Below, in pieces: positions 9,700-17,947 of a DNA stretch of 64,000 bases. The notes below the pieces were generated by a model. The model was not told where the DNA came from, ran no database searches, and saw only the letters and a program-made list of their open reading frames with translations. The translations under genes and the position numbers were made by a program. Source of the DNA: Bacteroidales bacterium (GTDB lineage: Bacteria > Bacteroidota > Bacteroidia > Bacteroidales > UBA932); NCBI GenBank assembly GCA_004556005.1, contig SFJA01000001.1, positions 15,279-79,278 of the forward strand, read 5' to 3'. Numbering within the stretch: the first letter of the stretch is position 1; each line of letters starts with the position of its first letter.

Positions 9700-10298
9700 G
9701 CCCCTCTAAGGAACAATTCTCCGAAGCGATAAGGCTCTGGACTGAGTGGAATGCACGAATCAATGTAGTGTCCCGCAAGGATACGGATATGCTGTACGAG
9801 CATCACGTGCTGCATTCGCTTGCGATTGCCCGGTATCTTGAACTGACCGGCAGGCTGCCCGGGAGGGGCGAGAGCTTCCTGGACGTGGGCACTGGCGGTG
9901 GCTTTCCCGGCATACCTCTGGCGATGCAGTTTCCTCAGGCACGGTTTACCCTTTGCGACTCGGTGGGTAAGAAAATCATAGTCGCAAACGCGCTCGTTGA
10001 GGGTCTTGGTCTGCGTAATGCCGTGTGTGTCAATGCGAGAGCCGAGTCTCTGCCGGACAGTTTCGACTGGGTGGTTTCGCGTGCCGTGACTTCTCTGGAT
10101 AATTTCTATCCCTGGGTAAAAGGAAAATACCGCAAGGGAATCCTCTATCTCAAGGGCGGGGACGTGCAGTCCGAAATTGAGACTTTGTGCCGTAAATTCC
10201 GCGTTCCTGAGGCTTCAGTAAAGCTTTGGCCGGTGTCACAATGGCTTGATGATGATTATTTTTCAGAAAAATTTGTAATTGAGATAGGAAAAGATTAA
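9696..10298 (+). CDS. rsmG: 16S rRNA m7G methyltransferase
   Basis: WNARINVVSR, HVLHSL, DVGTGGGFPGIPLA, SRAV, LKG. Confidence 0.93.
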   Translation: MSPSKEQFSEAIRLWTEWNARINVVSRKDTDMLYEHHVLHSLAIARYLELTGRLPGRGESFLDVGTGGGFPGIPLAMQFPQARFTLCDSVGKKIIVANALVEGLGLRNAVCVNARAESLPDSFDWVVSRAVTSLDNFYPWVKGKYRKGILYLKGGDVQSEIETLCRKFRVPEASVKLWPVSQWLDDDYFSEKFVIEIGKD

Positions 10299-10338
10299 CT
10301 TTGCAGCCCTTATTCAGATTAATTAAAAACACAAGATA

Positions 10339-10491
10339 ATGAAAAGAACATATCAACCATCCAATCGCAAGCGTGTCAACAAGCACGGCTTCCGCGAGCG
10401 TATGAGCACCCCTAACGGACGTCGCGTACTTGCCGCACGTCGTGCTCACGGACGCAAGAAACTTACCGTCTCTTCAGAAGACAGGTATTAG
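10339..10491 (+). CDS. rpmH: 50S ribosomal protein L34
   Basis: Manual translation [50 protein letters not shown]; below the ORF-track length cutoff; TAACTTTG box upstream. Confidence 0.97.
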   Translation: MKRTYQPSNRKRVNKHGFRERMSTPNGRRVLAARRAHGRKKLTVSSEDRY

Positions 10492-10516
10492 TATTCCCCC
10501 TTTCGGGAAACTGAAG

Positions 10517-10559
10517 AACTGACCAAGAAGTTTTCAGGCTTCACGGTCAGTTTTTTTTT
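10517..10559 (+). terminator. Intrinsic terminator after rpmH
   Basis: AACTGACC...GGTCAGTT stem followed by a T9 run. Confidence 0.8.
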
Positions 10560-10646
10560 GTGTGCGCTTGATTGGTGTTCATCACTCAATCAGTTGGTTT
10601 TATTCCGTGTTTTTACTAATTTTGTAAGTTAAAACAATATGTGGAA

Positions 10647-10901
10647 ATGAGTAATCTGGGTTTTGGATTGCAGCTTATGCTGATCGGTATGCTGACGGTT
10701 TTTGTCATTCTGCTGATTGTCATCTTCGGCAGCAGGCTGCTTATTGCTGTGATAAACAGGATTGCACCGGCAGAGCAGGCCCCGGCCAAGGCCTCGTCGG
10801 GAGGCGCTTCTGCAGGAAGTGACGTCGATGCGGTCCTGAGGGAAGCCGTTGCTGCACTTACCGGCGGCAGGGGACATATAGTCAAGGTAACTAAATTGTA
10901 G
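10647..10901 (+). CDS. oadG: Na+-translocating decarboxylase gamma/delta subunit (OadG family)
   Basis: Single TM GMLTVFVILLIVI, Ala/Pro-rich linker, precedes the alpha and beta subunits; alternative GTG start at 10641. Confidence 0.8.
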   Translation: MSNLGFGLQLMLIGMLTVFVILLIVIFGSRLLIAVINRIAPAEQAPAKASSGGASAGSDVDAVLREAVAALTGGRGHIVKVTKL

Positions 10902-10923
10902 AATAAAGAATTGTTGGAAAGAT

Positions 10924-12774
10924 ATGAGAGAAGTCAAGTTCAGTCTCGTATTTAGAGATATGTGGCAGAGTGCCGGAAAGTATCAGCCGAGGGTTGACCA
11001 GCTGGTAAAAGTTGCCCCGGCGATAATCAGGATGGGTTGTTTCGACAGGGTCGAGACCAACGGAGGTGGTTTTGAGCAGGTCAACCTGCTTTACGGCGAG
11101 AACCCTAACCGTTCGGTAAGGGAGTGGACCAAGCCGTTCCGTGAGGCCGGAATCCAGACCCATATGCTTGACCGTGCGCTAAATGCGCTCAGGATGAGCC
11201 CTTGCTCGAAGGACCTCAGGCAGCTGTTCTACAAGGTTAAGAAAGCGCAGGGAACGGACATCACCCGTATCTTCTGCGGACTTAACGACGAGCGTAACGT
11301 CATTCCGTCAATAGGCTATGCCAAGGAAGCCGGAATGATTGCACAGGCTTCGCTTTGCATAACCCATTCTCCTATACATACCGTCGATTATTATGTAAAT
11401 CTCGCCAAGAAGTTCATCGAAGCTGGAGCCGACGAGATATGCCTCAAGGATATGGCCGGCATAGGAAGGCCGGTGTCGCTCGGCAAGATCGTTGCCGGAA
11501 TCAAGGCATACAGGCCTGATATCGTAATCCAGTATCATTCTCACGCCGGTCCGGGATTCTGTATGGCTTCCATACTCGAAGTATGTCAGGCGGGTTGCGA
11601 TTATGTTGACGTAGGTATGTCTCCTCTTTCCTGGGGAACCGGTCACGCCGATGTGATTGCCGTACAGGAAATGCTCAAGGATGCCGGATTCAAGGTCAAG
11701 GAAATCAATATGGAAGCTTATATGGAAGTGCGCACGCAGATCCAGGCAATGCTTGACGATTTTCTTGGCTACTATTGTCCGGACCTCAACCGCGTCAACA
11801 ACTCCCTGCTTGTCAAGCCGGGTCTGCCGGGTGGTATGATGGGCTCTCTTATGACTGACCTCGAGGACAACCTTGCCCAGCTCAACAAATGGAAGGCAAA
11901 GAACGGACAGCCTGCACTCACAACCGACCAGCTGCTCGTAAAGCTCTTTGACGAAGTCGCTTATGTATGGCCGAAAGTGGGTTATCCTACTCTTGTGACT
12001 CCTTTCTCCCAGTATGTCAAGAACCTTGCTCTGATGAATGTCATCCAGATGGAAAAGGGCAAGGAGCGCTGGAGTATGATTGGCGACAATATCTGGGATA
12101 TGATACTCGGAAAGGCGGGCAAGCTTCCGGGCGAAGTCGATCCGGAAATCAAGGCTCTTGCAGCCGCGCAGGGACGCCAGTTCCTTACCAATGACCCGCA
12201 GGAGAATTATCCTGACTGCCTGGACCAGTTCCGCAGCAAGATGAAGGAGGCAGGCTGGGATACCGGCGCGGATGAAGAGGAACTCTTCGAATATGCAATG
12301 CATCCTACTCAGTATGAAGCATATAAATCCGGAAAGGCCAAGGCTGACTTTGAAGCTGACCTTGCAAAGCGCAAGGCTGCATCTGCTTCGGAACAGGGAA
12401 CTGCAATGCCTTCTGTAATAACTGTCAACGTAAACGGACAGCTCTACCGTCTAGACGTCGCTTACGGTGATGCTATCCCTGCACAGGGTGCTGCCGCCCA
12501 GACGGGCGCTGCCGCGGTTCAGGCTGCTGCAGCCGGATCCGAGGATGTCGCCGCCCCGCTTTCGGGCAAATTCTACCTTACCAAGGAACCCGGTGAACAG
12601 CCTCGCAAGGTAGGCGATGCCGTCAAGAGGGGAGAGACGCTCTGCTATATAGAGGCAATGAAGATAAACAATGCGGTATGCGCTGATTTTGACGGCGTTA
12701 TCACTGAAATTGTAGCCTCTAACGGAGATACCGTCGAGGAGGATGACGTAATAATCAGAATGGCGAGGAAATAG
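10924..12774 (+). CDS. oadA: Oxaloacetate decarboxylase alpha subunit (carboxyltransferase plus biotinyl domain)
   Basis: RDMWQS, CLKDMAG, HSH, PGGM, LVTPFSQ, biotin site EAMK. Confidence 0.88.
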   Translation: MREVKFSLVFRDMWQSAGKYQPRVDQLVKVAPAIIRMGCFDRVETNGGGFEQVNLLYGENPNRSVREWTKPFREAGIQTHMLDRALNALRMSPCSKDLRQLFYKVKKAQGTDITRIFCGLNDERNVIPSIGYAKEAGMIAQASLCITHSPIHTVDYYVNLAKKFIEAGADEICLKDMAGIGRPVSLGKIVAGIKAYRPDIVIQYHSHAGPGFCMASILEVCQAGCDYVDVGMSPLSWGTGHADVIAVQEMLKDAGFKVKEINMEAYMEVRTQIQAMLDDFLGYYCPDLNRVNNSLLVKPGLPGGMMGSLMTDLEDNLAQLNKWKAKNGQPALTTDQLLVKLFDEVAYVWPKVGYPTLVTPFSQYVKNLALMNVIQMEKGKERWSMIGDNIWDMILGKAGKLPGEVDPEIKALAAAQGRQFLTNDPQENYPDCLDQFRSKMKEAGWDTGADEEELFEYAMHPTQYEAYKSGKAKADFEADLAKRKAASASEQGTAMPSVITVNVNGQLYRLDVAYGDAIPAQGAAAQTGAAAVQAAAAGSEDVAAPLSGKFYLTKEPGEQPRKVGDAVKRGETLCYIEAMKINNAVCADFDGVITEIVASNGDTVEEDDVIIRMARK

Positions 12775-12777
12775 TGT

Positions 12778-14025
12778 ATGAACGGTTTTGCTGACATCTT
12801 CCGGAAGCTCTTCGACATGACTGCATTCAGCAATCTTGTCGATGACCCTTCCATCCTGATAATGTATCTGATAGCATTCGGGCTCCTGTATCTCGGAATC
12901 GTCAAGAAATACGAACCGCTGCTGCTGGTGCCAATAGCGTTCGGAGTGCTCATCGCCAACTTCCCCGGCGGCGAGATGGGCGTGGTTCAGGCGGACTCTG
13001 CCGGTTATGTGACCCTTGCAGACGGAACCAGGGAAATAATCTGGGATATGCCGCTGCACAAGATAGCGCACGAATTTGGCATAATGAACTACCTCTACTA
13101 TGCGCTCATCAAGTCAGGACTCCTTCCGCCTATCATCTTTATGGGTGTGGGAGCGATGACTGACTTCGGTCCTATGCTGCGCAATCTCAAGCTTGCTATT
13201 TTTGGTGCGGCTGCCCAGTTCGGTATCTTTGCCGTGCTCATTATCAGTCTGTTGCTCGGATTTACCCCGCAGGAGGCTGCTTCTCTCGGCATCATCGGAG
13301 GCGCCGACGGCCCTACCGCCATCTTTACCACCATCAAGCTTGCCCCGCATCTGCTGGGACCTATTGCTATCGCGGCCTACAGCTATATGGCCCTTGTCCC
13401 GGTAATCATTCCTCTTGTCGTCAAGCTTACCTGCAGCGAAAAGGAATTGCTTATCAATATGAAGGAGCAGGACAGGCTCTATCCTGACAAGATGGAGTTC
13501 AAGAATATGAGGGTGGTCAAGATAGTGTTCCCTATTGCCGTCACTACCATCGTAGCCCTATTCGTGCCTTCAGCAGTGCCTCTCGTGGGAATGCTTATGT
13601 TCGGCAATCTCATCAAGGAAATCGGTGCGGATACCAACAGGCTCTTCCAGACCGCCAGCAACGGACTTATGAATGCTGCCACGATTTTCCTCGGCCTCTG
13701 TGTGGGCGCTACGATGACTTCCGAGGCATTCCTCAACTGGACTACGCTCGGAATCGTATTTGGAGGATTCTGCGCTTTTGCGCTCAGCATTGCCAGCGGT
13801 ATCTTTATGGTAAAGATATGGAACCTCTTTGCAAAAAAGAAGATCAATCCTCTTGTCGGCGCCACCGGACTTTCCGCAGTGCCTATGGCAAGCCGTGTCT
13901 GCAACGGTATCAGTACCAAATATGATCCGAAGAACCACGTGCTCAACTATTGCATGGCATCCAATATCGCGGGCGTAATCGGCTCTGCGGTCGCTGCCGG
14001 CGTGCTGATTTCGTTCCTCGGATAA
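12778..14025 (+). CDS. oadB: Na+-translocating decarboxylase beta subunit
   Basis: EPLLLVPI, GVGAMTDFGP, IGGADGPTAI, SAVPMASR, NIAGVIGSA. Confidence 0.93.
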   Translation: MNGFADIFRKLFDMTAFSNLVDDPSILIMYLIAFGLLYLGIVKKYEPLLLVPIAFGVLIANFPGGEMGVVQADSAGYVTLADGTREIIWDMPLHKIAHEFGIMNYLYYALIKSGLLPPIIFMGVGAMTDFGPMLRNLKLAIFGAAAQFGIFAVLIISLLLGFTPQEAASLGIIGGADGPTAIFTTIKLAPHLLGPIAIAAYSYMALVPVIIPLVVKLTCSEKELLINMKEQDRLYPDKMEFKNMRVVKIVFPIAVTTIVALFVPSAVPLVGMLMFGNLIKEIGADTNRLFQTASNGLMNAATIFLGLCVGATMTSEAFLNWTTLGIVFGGFCAFALSIASGIFMVKIWNLFAKKKINPLVGATGLSAVPMASRVCNGISTKYDPKNHVLNYCMASNIAGVIGSAVAAGVLISFLG

Positions 14026-14041
14026 GGCATAGTTTGAGTGT

Positions 14042-15154
14042 ATGGCTGCAGAAAATGATTTTTCCAGATTGGAGCTCAGCCTCCCTGCGTGCAGAAGCAA
14101 CTACCGCTATTTCAGGTCCCTGCTCAAGCCTTCGACTAAGCTGCTGGTGCTTGTCAAGGCAAATGCATACGGACACGGCGCGGTAGAATTCGCTTCTATG
14201 ATGCAGGCGGAAGGTGCTGACTATCTGGCCGTTGCGCTGCCGCTGGAAGGTGTGGAGCTGCGTAGGTCGGGTATCTCGCTGCCCATACTCGTACTTACTG
14301 CCGGAACGGACTTTTTTCCGCAGATCATCGAGAACAGGCTCGAACCCGGCATTCCGAATATGGACACTCTCGTTGCGTTGTGCAATGAATTGAAACAAAG
14401 GGGGATAGAAGGGTTTCCAATACATATCAAGCTTGACAGCGGAATGCACCGCCTGGGCTTTATGAGCTCCGAACTGGACGAGTTGAAAGCCTTTCTTGCA
14501 GGATGCCGCCAGGTCAGGGTCGTTTCGCTCTACTCGCATCTTGCGGCATCCGAGGACCCGGAACAGGACGAATTTACCCTTGGGCAGATAGAATTGTTCG
14601 AAAGGAATGCAGAGAGCGTTTGCAGCGTACTGCCTTACAGGCCAATGCTTCACGTGCTCAACTCTGCGGGTATAGAGCGTTTCCCTCAGTATCAGCACGA
14701 TATGGTGCGTCTGGGGATTGGAATTTACGGTATAAGCGCGCTCCCGGGAAAGAAGCTTCAGCCGGTTGCGAGCTTTAAGGTCAAGATACTGCAGATCAAG
14801 CATCTGCTGCCTTCAGACGGTACCATTGGCTACGGCCGTTATGGAAAAGTCGGGCCTCAGGGGGCGACCATAGCGACTATACCTGCAGGCTATGCTGACG
14901 GAATTGACAGGCATCTGGGCAGGGGAGCAGCAAGCTTCAGCGTTAACGGGCACAGGGCGCCGACCATCGGCAATATATGTATGGATATGTGTATGCTTGA
15001 CGTGACCGGGATAGACTGCAAGGTGGGCGATACCGTGGTGATTTTCGGAAAGGATCCGGAAATAGGTGAGCTGGCTGATATCCTGGGTACCATACCGTAC
15101 GAAATCCTGACTTCGGTTCCGCGCCGTATCGAAAGGGTGATTGTACGCAGATAA
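14042..15154 (+). CDS. alr: Alanine racemase
   Basis: VKANAYGHG, HIKLDSGMHRLG, GYADG, ICMD, TIPYEIL. Confidence 0.95.
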   Translation: MAAENDFSRLELSLPACRSNYRYFRSLLKPSTKLLVLVKANAYGHGAVEFASMMQAEGADYLAVALPLEGVELRRSGISLPILVLTAGTDFFPQIIENRLEPGIPNMDTLVALCNELKQRGIEGFPIHIKLDSGMHRLGFMSSELDELKAFLAGCRQVRVVSLYSHLAASEDPEQDEFTLGQIELFERNAESVCSVLPYRPMLHVLNSAGIERFPQYQHDMVRLGIGIYGISALPGKKLQPVASFKVKILQIKHLLPSDGTIGYGRYGKVGPQGATIATIPAGYADGIDRHLGRGAASFSVNGHRAPTIGNICMDMCMLDVTGIDCKVGDTVVIFGKDPEIGELADILGTIPYEILTSVPRRIERVIVRR

Positions 15155-15180
15155 GTGAATCAAAACAACACTGAAACTAT

Positions 15181-16545
15181 ATGAAAAAAATTCTGACACT
15201 TGCGTTGTCGCTGATCAGCGTCGCAGCGGCCGCGCAGCAGACGGGGGGAATCACTCCTGAAATGCTTGGCCGCATCAGCGGCGCCTATGCGGGAGACGCG
15301 CACGACAAGGCAATACGCAATGCCTTGAATACCACGGATATAAATGTACTTGCTACAAATGCGGACAAGATCGCTATGCCCGAAACGTCATTCAGCGACC
15401 GCGTCGTAACCAAGGGTATTACCAATCAGAAGAAAAGCGGAAGGTGCTGGCTGTTCACCGGACTCAATGTGCTCAGGGCTGCTGCAATCCAGAAATATGA
15501 CCTTGGAGACTTCCAGTTCTCTCAAAGCTACTGCTTCTTCTATGACCAGCTCGAAAAGGCCAATCTTTTCCTCCAGGCTGTGATAGATACCAGAGAAAAG
15601 CCTATGTCTGACCGTGAGGTTGACTGGCTTTTCAGCAATCCGATAGGCGACGGAGGTACATTCACCGGTGTCGCAAACCTTGTCACCAAGTATGGACTTG
15701 TCCCTGCAGACGTGATGCCGGAAAGCTATATTGCCAACAGTACCAGCCAGATGAGCGCCCAACTTCGTACCTTGCTCAGACAGGACGGCCTTAAACTGCG
15801 CGAGACACCTTCAGGCGTGAAGAAAAAGGATATGGGGGCCTATCTCCAGGGGCTCAAGGAGGAGATGCTCGGAGAGGTTTACCGCATACTCGCCCTGTGC
15901 CTTGGCGAACCGCCTGCATACTTCGAGTGGCAGGGCAAGACCGTGACTCCGCTTCAGTTCTATCAGGAGCTGCTCGGTTACGACCTTGAGCACGGCTATG
16001 TGATGCTGATGAACGATCCTTCGCGCGAATATGGAAAGGTTTACGAGATCCGGTATGACAGGCATCTATATGACGGCCAGAACTGGCTCTATGTCAATCT
16101 CCCGATAGAGCGCATCAAGGAAATGGCCATTGCCTCCATCAAGGACAACGTGGCAATGTACTTCAGCTGCGATGTCGCAAAGCAGCTCAACCGCCCGAAG
16201 GGAGTGTGTGACCTTGAAAATTATGATTACGAGTCTCTGCTCGGAGTCAAGTTCACTATGGACAAGAAACAGCGCATCCTGACTCACGCCAGCGGATCTT
16301 CCCATGCCATGACACTTGTGGGAGTCAATCTTGAGGACGGTGTGCCTGACAGGTGGCTCGTGGAAAACAGCTGGGGTGACACTGGTTACAAAGGTCACAT
16401 CATAATGACTGACGACTGGTTCAACGAGTATATGTTCCGCCTCGTAGTGGAACGCAAGTACGTTCCGGAAGACGTGCTCAAGATGCTTGAACAGACTCCT
16501 GTACAGCTTCCGGCCTGGGATCCTATGTTTTTAAATGAAGAATAG
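15181..16545 (+). CDS. pepC: Aminopeptidase C / bleomycin hydrolase (C1B) with signal peptide
   Basis: NQKKSGRCWLF (Cys), SHAM (His), VENSWG (Asn). Confidence 0.9.
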   Translation: MKKILTLALSLISVAAAAQQTGGITPEMLGRISGAYAGDAHDKAIRNALNTTDINVLATNADKIAMPETSFSDRVVTKGITNQKKSGRCWLFTGLNVLRAAAIQKYDLGDFQFSQSYCFFYDQLEKANLFLQAVIDTREKPMSDREVDWLFSNPIGDGGTFTGVANLVTKYGLVPADVMPESYIANSTSQMSAQLRTLLRQDGLKLRETPSGVKKKDMGAYLQGLKEEMLGEVYRILALCLGEPPAYFEWQGKTVTPLQFYQELLGYDLEHGYVMLMNDPSREYGKVYEIRYDRHLYDGQNWLYVNLPIERIKEMAIASIKDNVAMYFSCDVAKQLNRPKGVCDLENYDYESLLGVKFTMDKKQRILTHASGSSHAMTLVGVNLEDGVPDRWLVENSWGDTGYKGHIIMTDDWFNEYMFRLVVERKYVPEDVLKMLEQTPVQLPAWDPMFLNEE

Positions 16546-16547
16546 AT

Positions 16548-17945
16548 ATGGCACAAGACAAAGCAACACTCAGAAAGTACAACTACTGGCAGTGGCGAAC
16601 CCTCATCATCCTGATGCTGGGATATGCCCTTTTCTACTTTGTACGCAAGAACTTCAGCATCGTAATGCCTGCGCTCGAGTCTGAACTCGGCCTCAGCAAG
16701 ACCCAGCTGGGTATCTTCCTCACACTTAACGGAGTGATTTACGGCGTATCACGCTTCTTCAACGGATTCCTCTCCGACAGGCTCAAGCGCAAGAGAGTCT
16801 TTATGGCTGCCGGTCTGTTCCTTTCGGCCGTTGTCAACCTCGTCATAGGATTCCTTCCTCAGATGAACGGACTGATGGGCATACTTGACGCCGAGGGCAA
16901 GGTGACTATGTTTGCAGTTTATTTCATCGGTACACTGCTTCTTTTCAACGGAGTGTTCCAGGGAATGGGCTTCCCTCCTTGCTCTGCCCTGCTCGTAAAC
17001 TGGGTCAAACCTTCCGAACTCGCCACAAAACAGGCTATCTGGAATACCTCTCACTCTCTCGGAGCAGGTCTTCTTGGACTTATGATTGCAGGCATACTCA
17101 ATGCATTCGGCAATGCAGCTTGGCAGTGGTGCTTCTGGATTCCGGCAATTCTTGCCATTATGGGAGCTGCCCTCCTTCTGCTGGGACTCAAGGATGACCC
17201 TTCTGATGTGGGACTGCCAAGCGTCGTGACCCTCGACACCGCTACCAAGGATGCGAGGGACGACTCCAAAGAAAGTCCTGAGTTCAAGAAAAAGGCTTAC
17301 AAGCTCTGTGTAAAGCACCTTGTGTTCGGAAGCCCGACTATGTGGTGCATAGCGGTCTGCACCTTCTGCGTATATGTCGTCCGATTCACCGTGCTTGACT
17401 GGGGCTCCAGCATTCTTACCCAGTACAAGGGTATGGATCTTGGCCTTGCTGCCACCGTAGTCGGTCTCACCGAGGTCGTGGGCGGCATACTCGGCGTGCT
17501 TCTCGCTGGATGGATGACAGACCATCTGTTCAAAGGCAAGGCACATCATACCGGACTGCTTTTCACGGCCATCGCAACCCTTTTCCTCTTCCTGTTCTGG
17601 AAGGCTCCTAAGGACAATACCATACTCAATATCATTTATATAGTCCTGATTTCCTTCTTTATCTACGGACCTCAGGGACTTGTGGGCATCGCAGCTTCCA
17701 ACCAGGCCACCAAGCGTGCCGCAGCCAGTGCCAACGGCTTTGTAGGAATGTTCGGCTACCTTTCCCCTATAGTCTCAGGTACCCTCTTCGGCTTCCTTGC
17801 ACAGCACTACGGCTGGGACTCAGTCTTTGAAGCGGGAATCATTTTCGGAATAGTGGGAACCATAGTATGGGCCCTGATATGGAAAGCCCCGGCCAATGGC
17901 TATGCAAAGGCCGAGGAACTTCTCAAGCAGCTTGACGAGGAGTAA
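16548..17945 (+). CDS. Organophosphate:Pi antiporter family MFS transporter (GlpT/UhpC-like)
   Basis: WQWR...GYALFYFVRKNFS, QGMGFPPC, WNTSHSLG, FIYGPQ; about 12 TM segments. Confidence 0.85.
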   Translation: MAQDKATLRKYNYWQWRTLIILMLGYALFYFVRKNFSIVMPALESELGLSKTQLGIFLTLNGVIYGVSRFFNGFLSDRLKRKRVFMAAGLFLSAVVNLVIGFLPQMNGLMGILDAEGKVTMFAVYFIGTLLLFNGVFQGMGFPPCSALLVNWVKPSELATKQAIWNTSHSLGAGLLGLMIAGILNAFGNAAWQWCFWIPAILAIMGAALLLLGLKDDPSDVGLPSVVTLDTATKDARDDSKESPEFKKKAYKLCVKHLVFGSPTMWCIAVCTFCVYVVRFTVLDWGSSILTQYKGMDLGLAATVVGLTEVVGGILGVLLAGWMTDHLFKGKAHHTGLLFTAIATLFLFLFWKAPKDNTILNIIYIVLISFFIYGPQGLVGIAASNQATKRAAASANGFVGMFGYLSPIVSGTLFGFLAQHYGWDSVFEAGIIFGIVGTIVWALIWKAPANGYAKAEELLKQLDEE

Positions 17946-17947
17946 TC

